From positions 1,920,001 to 1,952,000 of the forward strand of contig NC_009483.1 in assembly GCF_000016745.1 (NCBI RefSeq): a stretch of DNA of 32,000 nt, given 5' to 3'. A model generated the notes under the pieces. That model was not told the DNA's origin. It made no database searches and saw only the letters and a list, made by a program, of their open reading frames with translations. A program made the position numbers and the translations under genes. Shown here in pieces: positions 14,439 through 22,262 of this stretch (the stretch's first letter is position 1; each line of letters begins with the position of its first letter). Source of the stretch: Geotalea uraniireducens Rf4. GTDB taxonomy: Bacteria > Desulfobacterota > Desulfuromonadia > Geobacterales > Geobacteraceae.

Positions 14439-15965
14439 ATTAATACTACTCCGACACATATAGTTCTTTAACATTTCAATATTCGCACCAGAAGCTTTGC
14501 AATCTGATGCCTGATGTCAGGCAAGGACGGCATGCCTTTGAGTCGTTGCCTCCGCCTCCATCGCTCAGAGGAACGAAGAGAACAGCAACGATGGCGCCAC
14601 TTTTCCAGGTGTTTGGTTTTCAGAACAAAGCGTCGTTGGCCAGTGTCGATTTTTTCTGAATCCAGTTGCTCCGCGCTGTCGCACTCTTCTGTTTTTTTTG
14701 CTGCAAACGCAACAGTGTCAGATAGCCATATGCCAGGGACGTCAGGAGCACATGTCGATGCCATCCGCTCCATGAGCGCCCTTCATGGTGATCAAGGCCA
14801 AGCTCTTCCTTTAGCTGTTGATAGCCATGCTCTATCCAATAACGTTCATGGTAGAGGCGGGCAAGGTCAATCGTTGCCAGATGCTGCGGCATATTGCTGA
14901 AGAAATAGCGAAGCTCGTATCCACCCAGGTTCAGGGGGCGGCGCTCTATCAGGAGCCAGACTTGTTCATGATGATTGCCCTGCCGCCATCCGTGAGCCGG
15001 CCACACTCTCATTGAGACGGCCTCTGCAACAAGTGGCTTGTCCTTGGAATTGAGCCTCAATTCTAGCCGTTGCCATGCATCATCGGCAATGCTTTCGCCC
15101 AGTACCGACAGCTTGACCGGTTCGGGGTTTGTGGAGACTACCTTAGGGCGAGTTCGTGGACGCCCTCGCTTATGCTCTTTGACTGGCGCAATTTCAAAGA
15201 CCGGCTCCTCAAGAAATACCGGGGTGTTGGAGTAAGCTCCCAGGATGTAATTTTCACTGCGGGACTCAAGCTCCTTGCGAAACTCCGGAATGTTGCCATA
15301 CCAGCTGTCAGCAAGGACTGCACGATGGGGAACATTGTCTTTTCGGGCCAGGTCAACAAAATCAAGTGCCATGCGCCATTTTGACTTATGGTGCACTGAC
15401 TCCGGCATGTGAGCCTTTTTACGCTTTGCGGTGCAATCATCATTTTGCTGATCCCAGGATTCCGGGACGAACAGTTCCATGGCATATGGCCAGGCGACAT
15501 CTCTGCCGACATACGTCATGCTTACGCCAATCTGACAGTTGTCAGTCTTGCCTGATGCACCGCAGTATTGCCGGGCAACACATACACTGTCGTACCCTTT
15601 CTTAGGGAACCCGGTATCATCAAGAACCAGGATCCCCTGCGGGTCGGAAGTGACGTCAAGCATGGAACGGCGGAATTGCTCAGCAACAAGTTGATCGTCC
15701 CATTTGGCAGTCGAAAGGAGGCGCTGCATACTTCGTTCAGATGCGTTTACCTTCTCTGACATGGGTTCAACTGACTTGCGCTCACCGTCCATGAGCAGGC
15801 CGGCCAAGTAACATTCTGCCAGTTCACGGCTCTCTGACCGATGGAAATAGCCATAATAGGGAGCCATATATTCTTCGATGCCGGGGAAAACGATCTCTGT
15901 TGTCATTCGCAGAGATTATCACATGAAACAGATTATATCAAGCTATGTGTCGGAGTAGTATTAAT
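14439..15965 (-). mobile_element. IS701-family insertion sequence (1527 bp), apparently intact
   Basis: Perfect 22-bp terminal inverted repeats: attaatactactccgacacata (14439-14460) and tatgtgtcggagtagtattaat (15944-15965). They enclose a single 428-aa DDE transposase ORF. I saw no clean target-site duplication. Confidence 0.85.
14620..15906 (-). CDS. IS701-family DDE transposase
   Basis: N-terminus YYGYFHRSESRELAECYLAGLLMDGERKSVEPMSE...SMQRLLSTAKWDD, with LVLDDTGFPKKG and a C-terminal YWIEHGYQQLKEELGLDHHEGRSWSGWHRH. This is the typical IS701/IS4-like DDE pattern. Confidence 0.9.
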   Translation of the reverse strand: MTTEIVFPGIEEYMAPYYGYFHRSESRELAECYLAGLLMDGERKSVEPMSEKVNASERSMQRLLSTAKWDDQLVAEQFRRSMLDVTSDPQGILVLDDTGFPKKGYDSVCVARQYCGASGKTDNCQIGVSMTYVGRDVAWPYAMELFVPESWDQQNDDCTAKRKKAHMPESVHHKSKWRMALDFVDLARKDNVPHRAVLADSWYGNIPEFRKELESRSENYILGAYSNTPVFLEEPVFEIAPVKEHKRGRPRTRPKVVSTNPEPVKLSVLGESIADDAWQRLELRLNSKDKPLVAEAVSMRVWPAHGWRQGNHHEQVWLLIERRPLNLGGYELRYFFSNMPQHLATIDLARLYHERYWIEHGYQQLKEELGLDHHEGRSWSGWHRHVLLTSLAYGYLTLLRLQQKKQKSATARSNWIQKKSTLANDALF

Positions 15966-16186
15966 TGTGAAATATTGCAGCCGGCTATTGAGTTGAAAAG
16001 ACAACGAGAAATACCCGTTTTGGCATAATAATTAAGGCGAATTAATAAATAATGACAAATTATATCCGGGGGGAGAAGAATGTCAATAAATAAAAATTAA
16101 AAACCAGATTGAAGGGGGCGTTCTTCCGTGGAATAGGGGCAATTTCATTAATCTGAGCCGGCAAGCTGGAACCAAAATTTTTTATT

Positions 16187-16268
16187 TCACGCAATGACGC
16201 GACGTTTAAAAACCAAGAACCAGAGAATATTTTAAAGCCTTTCGTTTCGTCGTCGCGTCGTCGCGTGA
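16187..16268. repeat. Long-range inverted repeat in the AT-rich region upstream of the export operon
   Basis: tcacgcaatgacgcgacg (16187-16204) versus the reverse complement of cgtcgcgtcgtcgcgtga (16251-16268). 16 of 18 nt match, with a ~46-nt AT-rich spacer. Confidence 0.5.
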
Positions 16269-16415
16269 GTCATGTCTTGCTTTAACATTTTGCTCACATA
16301 TCAATAGCCCCCATGACCCACAAAACCTCCCGTTTTTAAACAAGAAAAACTCTCCGTGCCTTGGTATTTTCGTGATTTGATCAAGATTATGATTAATATT
16401 TTTTATGAAAGATGC

Positions 16416-16443
16416 TTGACAGTATTTTCAAAAGTGATAAATA
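16416..16443 (+). promoter_or_regulatory. Candidate sigma70 promoter for the wza-like operon
   Basis: TTGACA (16416-21), a 16-nt spacer containing TG (16435-36), and TAAATA (16438-43). It lies about 43 nt upstream of ATG 16486. Confidence 0.4.
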
Positions 16444-16485
16444 TTAGGCACAGATTATTAACGATATGCAATTTAAGGCCTTGTT

Positions 16486-17529
16486 ATGAAATTATGGTCC
16501 CACCGCCTCTGTAAAGCCCTTCTGTTTACCTTGGTTTGTTCCATTCTGAATGGTTGTCCCCGCTATGCTCCTCTGCCGGCCGGGACGGTCAAGGAAATCG
16601 ACGGCCATGCAGCTTCGCCCATCGTTGCCAAAGAATCCGTCACAGTTACCGGTGAGCCTCTGAATGGCGCCCCGCCCGCCGACTACCTGGTCGGCTCCGG
16701 CGACATCCTTTCGGTCACTGTCTACGGCCGCGCCGATCTGGTCGGGATGGCGGGCAAGGGGAGCCGGGTGGATGTCAACGGCACTATCCAGCTGCCGCTG
16801 GTCGGCTCGGTTCAGGTCGCCGGGCTCTCACTCCAGCAGGTCCGTGACCGGCTCCAGGACTCTTTCAAACATTACCTGCGCGAACCGTCGGTGGTGGTTG
16901 AGGTTCTCGAATACAAAAGCCACCCCGTCTATCTCCTCGGACAGTTCAAGGTGTCCGGGACGCATTACATGGACCGGCCGTTGAATCTTTTGCAGGGGCT
17001 GGCTCTCGGGAACGGCCTCGACGCCACTGCCAACCTGCGCGGAGCACGGCTGTTGCGCGGCAAAAAGATCCTGGCGGTGGATATCTACAGCCTGCTCCAT
17101 GAAGGCGACCAGCGCCAGAACGTCTGGCTCCAGCCGGGAGATACCATCTATGTGCCGGACAACAGCCTGCAGAACGTTTTCGTATTCGGCGCGGTCAAGA
17201 CCCCCGGCCCCATCCCGATGAGGAATGGCCAGTTGACCCTCCACCAGGCAGTGGCAGCGGCGGGAGGGTTGGGGGAGACCGGCTATGACCCGAATCTCCG
17301 CATCATCCGCTCCTTGTCCCCCACCCGTGGAGAATTGATGGTCGTGGACCTCGACAAAATCCTGGCGGGCGAGGCCCGACCGTTTCAGCTTATGGACGGC
17401 GACATCGTCTATGTGCCAAAGGATTTCGTGGGCAACTGGAACCAGGCCATCAACGAGCTATTGCCGACTCTTCAGGCAGTTGGCGCAATTCTGAATCCGT
17501 TTGTGCAAATCAAGTTCTTAAGTCAGTGA
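16486..17529 (+). CDS. Polysaccharide export protein, Wza/GfcE/GumB-like (Poly_export + SLBB domains)
   Basis: Possible lipobox ILNGC. DYLVGSGDILSVTVYG...GTIQLPLVGSVQVAGLSLQQVRDRL is the Poly_export signature. It is followed by SLBB-like GDTIYVP and GDIVYVP repeats. Confidence 0.85.
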   Translation: MKLWSHRLCKALLFTLVCSILNGCPRYAPLPAGTVKEIDGHAASPIVAKESVTVTGEPLNGAPPADYLVGSGDILSVTVYGRADLVGMAGKGSRVDVNGTIQLPLVGSVQVAGLSLQQVRDRLQDSFKHYLREPSVVVEVLEYKSHPVYLLGQFKVSGTHYMDRPLNLLQGLALGNGLDATANLRGARLLRGKKILAVDIYSLLHEGDQRQNVWLQPGDTIYVPDNSLQNVFVFGAVKTPGPIPMRNGQLTLHQAVAAAGGLGETGYDPNLRIIRSLSPTRGELMVVDLDKILAGEARPFQLMDGDIVYVPKDFVGNWNQAINELLPTLQAVGAILNPFVQIKFLSQ

Positions 17530-17600
17530 TAAAAAGAATAAACAGTATCAGCCGTTCTTCTCAAAACCCAGGGCACAATTGAACATTGAACAGGAATGCC

Positions 17601-19973
17601 ATGACACCCAACTTCCCAAATCAATCCAGCCAGACCCCCCTGCAACCGGCCGAAGTCCACCTTCACGATTACCTGCGCGTCATTATGCGCCGACGCTGGA
17701 GCTTCATCGGTGTTTTCTGTGTCGTGTTTTTAGGCGTAGCCATCTATACCTACTCCGTAAAGCCTACCTACGAGGCGTTCGCCACCCTCCACGTTCATGA
17801 TAGTAAGAGTGGAAAAGGTGACCTCCTCGGGGCGCTGGGAGTTTCCGAGAAGAACACGGTCGATGCGGAGATCGAGATCGTCAAGTCGCGCACCAATCTT
17901 GAGCAAGTGGCAAAAAGGCTTCACCTGAACTGGCTGGTTTCCGAAAAATCCAGAGGGCTTGATTTTAAGTTGCTGGAATTCCAGGCTCCGGACAGTCAGG
18001 CGGATTACCAGGTGGAATTGACCGGTCTGGATAGCTACCGGGTTCTGGATGCTGCGGGCAAGCTGCTCGGTAACGGCAAAAGCGGTGTTCCCATGCACTT
18101 GCAGGCGGGAGCTGCAAGTTTTCTTTTAACCGACCTGAAGGGGAAGTCGGGCGACAGTTTTCGCATTTCCATGCGCCCCTTGGATGTGGCAGCAGCCGGA
18201 CTCAAGGGAAGAATCAAGGCTCAGGAAGTGGGGAAAAGGACAGGGATCTTCCGCCTTTCTTATACAGACACAAATCCGGTCATGGTGCGGGATGTGGTTA
18301 ATACCCTGGCGCAGGTCTACCTGGAACAGAGCGTTGCCTTCAAGACCGAGGAGGCAAGCAAGTCTCTCGAGTTCATCGAAGGACAGATGAACAATGTGCA
18401 AGGCGAGCTGGATACTGCCGAGAAGAACCTGCAAGCCTATAAAACCGGCTCCGGCGTGGTGAAGCTCGACAGCGAGGCTTATGAGCTGGTCAAAAAAATA
18501 TCTGAAACCGAGAAAGAACGGACCGAACTTGCCCTCCAGCGCAAGCAAATGGAATTCGCCCTGGCTGCAATGCGGGACGCTGCCAGGCGGGGAAAGGTCT
18601 ATACCCCGGCTGCACTCAAGGACGATCCCGGCGTGGCAGCCATGGCCGGTAAGCTGGCCGATCTGGAGGTACAGAAGCAGGCTGTCCTGGCTGAGACCAC
18701 TGAATCCCACCCCCAGGTGAACGCGCTCAAAAGCCAGATAAACGAGATCCAGCGGAAGCTTGCCGCCATTTATGAGACCAACCAGAAGAACATCGTCCGG
18801 CAAGAGAACACGGTGGCCCAGACCCTGACCCGTTACGAAGGTCAACTCAAACAGCTGCCTGCAGCCGAGCGCGACCTGGCCCGCCTCATGCGTTATACCA
18901 AGGTCAACGCCGAAATCTATACCTTCCTTCTCCAGAAACACGAGGAGGCGCGTATTGCCAAGGCTTCCACCATAAGCAACATCAACGTCATCGACCAGGC
19001 CATCACCCCGCGGGAGCCGATCAAACCGCTCAAGCAGAAGAACCTGCTGCTCGGCTTCCTGGTCGGTTTGATGCTCGGAGCGGGACTTGCTTTCTTTCAG
19101 GAATACCTTGACGATACCATCAAGGATGCCGAGGGTGCCCGGCGTGAACTGAACGCGCCGATTCTGGCGGTAATCCCGTTCATTCCCCGCCGGGAAGGTC
19201 AAGCATCCACTGACTTCGGCACATCGTTGATCACCCAGCATGAGCCGAAATCGTCCGTAGCTGAAGCGTTCCGAAGCCTCAGGACCAGCATCCACTTTTC
19301 CGCCATCAACCGGGAGAAGAAAACCCTTATCGTTACCAGCACCTTTCCCGGTGAAGGGAAGTCCACCATTTCGGCTAATCTGGCGGTCACCCTGGTGCAG
19401 TCCGGTGCCCGGGTGCTGCTCATCGACTGCGACCTGCGTCGGCCCACTTTGCATGAACACTTCAATCGTGCCAAGGCGCCGGGACTCACCGAGGTTCTTG
19501 CCGGCGATGCGAGCTTTGCGAGCGCACTCTATAACACCGGCATTGCACGCCTTGATTTCGTCAGCGCCGGCACCTCACCTCCAAACCCTGCCGAGCTTCT
19601 CGGTTCAAACCGGATGGCGAATCTGCTTTTGAAACTGCGGGACACCTACGACCATATTGTGATTGATGCCCCGCCGGTATTGGCGGTTACGGATGCACCG
19701 CTTCTGACGACGCGCTGCGATATGGCCATTATCGTCATGGAGACCGAGCGGGTGCCGGTAAAGGCGGCCCAGCGCATGGCCGAGATGCTGGCCAATGTCG
19801 GGGCGCCGGTTGCCGGGGCGGTGGTCAACGACAAGTCCGGCCGAAGCCGCGAGCGCTACGGGTACTACGGCAACAGCTATTACGGGTACGGCTATTACGG
19901 TTCCGGGTACTATTCCGAAGAGGGAAAGACTGAAAATAAAAGGAAACCCTGGTGGAGCAAGTTTTTCAGTTAA
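17601..19973 (+). CDS. Polysaccharide co-polymerase / BY-tyrosine autokinase, Wzc/Etk/GumC-like
   Basis: AGGA lies 6 nt upstream of ATG 17601. Wzz-type N-terminal TM, coiled-coil periplasmic region and a second TM. Walker A GEGKST, A' DCDLRRP, Walker B VIDAPPV. C-terminal tyrosine cluster YGYYGNSYYGYGYYGSGYY. Confidence 0.9.
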   Translation: MTPNFPNQSSQTPLQPAEVHLHDYLRVIMRRRWSFIGVFCVVFLGVAIYTYSVKPTYEAFATLHVHDSKSGKGDLLGALGVSEKNTVDAEIEIVKSRTNLEQVAKRLHLNWLVSEKSRGLDFKLLEFQAPDSQADYQVELTGLDSYRVLDAAGKLLGNGKSGVPMHLQAGAASFLLTDLKGKSGDSFRISMRPLDVAAAGLKGRIKAQEVGKRTGIFRLSYTDTNPVMVRDVVNTLAQVYLEQSVAFKTEEASKSLEFIEGQMNNVQGELDTAEKNLQAYKTGSGVVKLDSEAYELVKKISETEKERTELALQRKQMEFALAAMRDAARRGKVYTPAALKDDPGVAAMAGKLADLEVQKQAVLAETTESHPQVNALKSQINEIQRKLAAIYETNQKNIVRQENTVAQTLTRYEGQLKQLPAAERDLARLMRYTKVNAEIYTFLLQKHEEARIAKASTISNINVIDQAITPREPIKPLKQKNLLLGFLVGLMLGAGLAFFQEYLDDTIKDAEGARRELNAPILAVIPFIPRREGQASTDFGTSLITQHEPKSSVAEAFRSLRTSIHFSAINREKKTLIVTSTFPGEGKSTISANLAVTLVQSGARVLLIDCDLRRPTLHEHFNRAKAPGLTEVLAGDASFASALYNTGIARLDFVSAGTSPPNPAELLGSNRMANLLLKLRDTYDHIVIDAPPVLAVTDAPLLTTRCDMAIIVMETERVPVKAAQRMAEMLANVGAPVAGAVVNDKSGRSRERYGYYGNSYYGYGYYGSGYYSEEGKTENKRKPWWSKFFS

Positions 19974-20040
19974 ACCTAAGCCGGCGGAGCCGGAACCAAA
20001 CAGGAAAAGGTCAAAGGCAAGGCAATGTGACGCGGATAAA

Positions 20041-20077
20041 AATCTGATTTAAGCGGATTCACACGGATAATACTTAT
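20041..20077. repeat. (G/A)CGGAT-unit short repeat
   Basis: gcggataaaaatctgatttaagcggattcacacggat. Three CGGAT units. Confidence 0.5.
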
Positions 20078-20111
20078 TACGGAAAAACTGTTCAGCATCT
20101 TGAGCTCATAA

Positions 20112-20233
20112 CTCCCCCTGTCCCCCTCTTATCTTAAGAGGGGGAACGTGCCGGACTGGCTCAGCTGGAAGATCAACTGAAGACTACTTGGCGTCCCTCC
20201 ACTTAAAGTAAGGGGCGGACAGGTGGGGTTAGC
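20112..20233. repeat. Composite G-run/C-run hairpin repeat element (copy B; partner of 551-655)
   Basis: ctccccctgtccccctcttatcttaagagggggaacgtg, with hairpin 20122-20131/20135-20144. The right module is ccctccacttaaagtaaggggcggacaggtggggttagcc (about 20195-20233). Confidence 0.7.
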
Positions 20234-20255
20234 CGCTTAGATTCTCCTTCATCTG

Positions 20256-21095
20256 GTGACTGCTCAAAAGCTCGGAACTCGGAATTTAATGATGACTGAT
20301 ATCCAAAATTTAAAACTTAAAACCCAAAACTTGACAGACTGGCATTGCCACATACTTCCAGGCATCGACGATGGGCCGGCCACCATGGACGAATCTATAG
20401 CGATGGCAAGAGGCTTGCGTTTGGCTGGTTACACCACGGTTTATTGCACGCCACACCTGGTCCGGGGGAGCTATGAGGTTGACAATGCAATGGTCCTTGC
20501 GACTTTGGCTGCTCTCCAGGCGGAACTCGTACAACAACAGATAGGGCTGCGGCTTCTCCCTGGACGGGAATACTACCTTGATGAATATCTTATTGAATAC
20601 TTGAAAGATCCGCTGCCGCTTGGGGACACAAAATATATTATGATCGAGATTCCCAATCACATGCCGGTCGCGTTTATCAAGGAAACCTGTTACCGGATCA
20701 AATGTGCCGGTTTTGTGCCCATGATCGCCCACCCAGAGCGCTGCATGCATTTCGCAGTACAGTCGCAGAAACCGGCCGGGAACTTGAACCGGATACTCGG
20801 CCTGTTTAATGGTTCCAACTCAAAATTTAAAACCGAAAACTCAAAACTCGAGGAAGCTTCGCTTTCCTACTACCTCAAGGAGATCGGCTGCCGGTTCCAG
20901 GGCAATCTGGGAAGTTTCGTCGGCCGCTATGGTCAAACGGTCCGGACAAACGCCGAGCGTTTAAGGGAGACAGGGCTGTACGCCTGCTTCGGAACCGATT
21001 ACCATTCTGCGTCAGGATGTTCGCAGAAGTTCTCGATTCAACATGAATATTCACCCGTTAGCGGGTGCCTGCAAAGTGCGGCTCGTGGACGATAA
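20256..21095 (+). CDS. PHP-family (CpsB/CapC/YwqE-type) protein-tyrosine phosphatase; start uncertain (GTG 20256, ATG 20289, or TTG 20331)
   Basis: DWHCHILPGIDDGPATMDES, CTPH, AHPERC and GTDYHS are the metal-binding motifs of CpsB-type PHP phosphatases. Family members normally begin about 4 residues before HxH, which favours TTG 20331 (MTDWHCH). Confidence 0.8.
   Translation: MTAQKLGTRNLMMTDIQNLKLKTQNLTDWHCHILPGIDDGPATMDESIAMARGLRLAGYTTVYCTPHLVRGSYEVDNAMVLATLAALQAELVQQQIGLRLLPGREYYLDEYLIEYLKDPLPLGDTKYIMIEIPNHMPVAFIKETCYRIKCAGFVPMIAHPERCMHFAVQSQKPAGNLNRILGLFNGSNSKFKTENSKLEEASLSYYLKEIGCRFQGNLGSFVGRYGQTVRTNAERLRETGLYACFGTDYHSASGCSQKFSIQHEYSPVSGCLQSAARGR
20304..20334. repeat. 31-nt A-rich repeat, copy 1 (caaaatttaaaacttaaaacccaaaacttga)
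   Basis: 27 of 31 nt identical to 20821-20851. Confidence 0.85.
20821..20851. repeat. 31-nt A-rich repeat, copy 2 (caaaatttaaaaccgaaaactcaaaactcga)
   Basis: 27 of 31 nt identical to 20304-20334. It lies inside the phosphatase CDS in a different codon phase. Confidence 0.85.
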
Positions 21096-21221
21096 TAGAT
21101 ATACGGAAAATCGAGGAAATCTTCAAACGTTGCGGCGTAGCGCTGATTTTACCGATATAGAGCTAGATACCGAGGCGCATAGGGCGCTGTCGTTCTGACC
21201 CACCTTGAAAGGGGGCACTAA

Positions 21222-22262
21222 ATGACTTCGATGTTCACCGACAAGACCCTCCTCATCACCGGCGGGACCGGTACCTTCGGCAATGCCGTTCTGCGCCGCT
21301 TTTTGGAGACGGAAATCGGCGAGATCCGTGTTTTCTCCCGCGACGAGAAGAAGCAGGACGATATGCGCAAGCACTTCACCCATCCGAAGCTACGCTTTTA
21401 CATCGGTGATGTGCGCACTGAATCAAGTCTGCGCGGCGCCATACAGGGGGTGGATTTCGTCTTTCACGCTGCTGCACTCAAGCAGGTGCCGTCGTGCGAA
21501 TTCTTTCCCCTCGAAGCGTTGCGTACCAACGCCCTGGGTACGGAGAACGTCCTCAATGCCGCCATCGGTGCGGGCGTACGGCGGGTGATCGTACTCAGTA
21601 CCGACAAGGCTGTCTATCCGATCAACGCCATGGGGATCTCCAAAGCGATGATGGAGAAGCTCGCTGTCGCCAAGTCCCGCGTCGCCGCACCTCAAACGAC
21701 GATCTGCTGCACCCGCTACGGTAACGTCATGGCGAGTCGTGGTTCGGTAATTCCCCTTTTTCTGAAGCAGATTCAGGATGGGAAAGGGATCACTATCACA
21801 GACCCGAAGATGACTCGCTTCATGATGACGATTGAGGATGCGGTTGACTTGGTCCTCTATGCATTTGAACACGGCTCTGCCGGTGACACCTTCGTGCAGA
21901 AGGCCCCTTCCTGCACCATCGGTGCCCTCGCCGAGGCCCTGAAAAAGCTTACCGGCAGCAGAGTGCCGATTGAGATCATCGGCACGCGCCATGGCGAAAA
22001 GTTGTATGAAACCCTCCTTACCCGCGAAGAGATGGCAGTCGCCGAAGATCAGGGAGGATATTACCGGGTTCCGGCGGACAACCGCGATCTCAACTATGGC
22101 AAGTACTTCACTGAGGGTAAAGAGCGGATCACCGAGCAGACCGACTACAATTCGCACAACGTTCCGCTCTTAGATGCCGACGGCATGGCCGAGCTGCTCA
22201 AGAAACTCCCTTGTGTCCAACAGGCCCTGCGCGGGGAAAAAGTTGCCAGAGGAAAAGAATGA
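21222..22262 (+). CDS. UDP-N-acetylglucosamine 4,6-dehydratase/5-epimerase family protein (CapE/FnlA/WbjB-like short CapD-type SDR)
   Basis: [21 protein letters not shown]...[15 protein letters not shown]...[15 protein letters not shown]...[22 protein letters not shown]...[17 protein letters not shown]...[24 protein letters not shown] precedes the ATG. Confidence 0.85.
   Translation: MTSMFTDKTLLITGGTGTFGNAVLRRFLETEIGEIRVFSRDEKKQDDMRKHFTHPKLRFYIGDVRTESSLRGAIQGVDFVFHAAALKQVPSCEFFPLEALRTNALGTENVLNAAIGAGVRRVIVLSTDKAVYPINAMGISKAMMEKLAVAKSRVAAPQTTICCTRYGNVMASRGSVIPLFLKQIQDGKGITITDPKMTRFMMTIEDAVDLVLYAFEHGSAGDTFVQKAPSCTIGALAEALKKLTGSRVPIEIIGTRHGEKLYETLLTREEMAVAEDQGGYYRVPADNRDLNYGKYFTEGKERITEQTDYNSHNVPLLDADGMAELLKKLPCVQQALRGEKVARGKE

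Noticed and set aside
14468-14900. ORFs 14468-14773 (-) and 14514-14900 (+) inside the IS.
   Set aside because: They overlap the transposase 3' end or its untranslated tail, have no recognisable motifs, and IS701-family elements encode a single transposase.
16080-16100. Six-codon mini-ORF (MSINKN*) behind a strong GGGGGAG SD-like run.
   Set aside because: It lies upstream of the only credible promoter, is far from the wza-like start, and has no obvious attenuator structure. It is probably a chance occurrence in AT-rich DNA.
15966-16485. Search for a GEMM-type cyclic-dinucleotide riboswitch upstream of the EPS export genes. These are common in Geobacter.
   Set aside because: I could not find the conserved GGGCAAACC / ACGCAAAGC-type cores or the tandem-hairpin layout on either strand. 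A covariance-model scan would be needed to exclude it formally.
19974-20010. Hairpin ccggc-gga-gccgg after the wzc-like stop, considered as an intrinsic terminator.
   Set aside because: The stem is only 5 bp and is followed by aaccaaac, not a U-tract.
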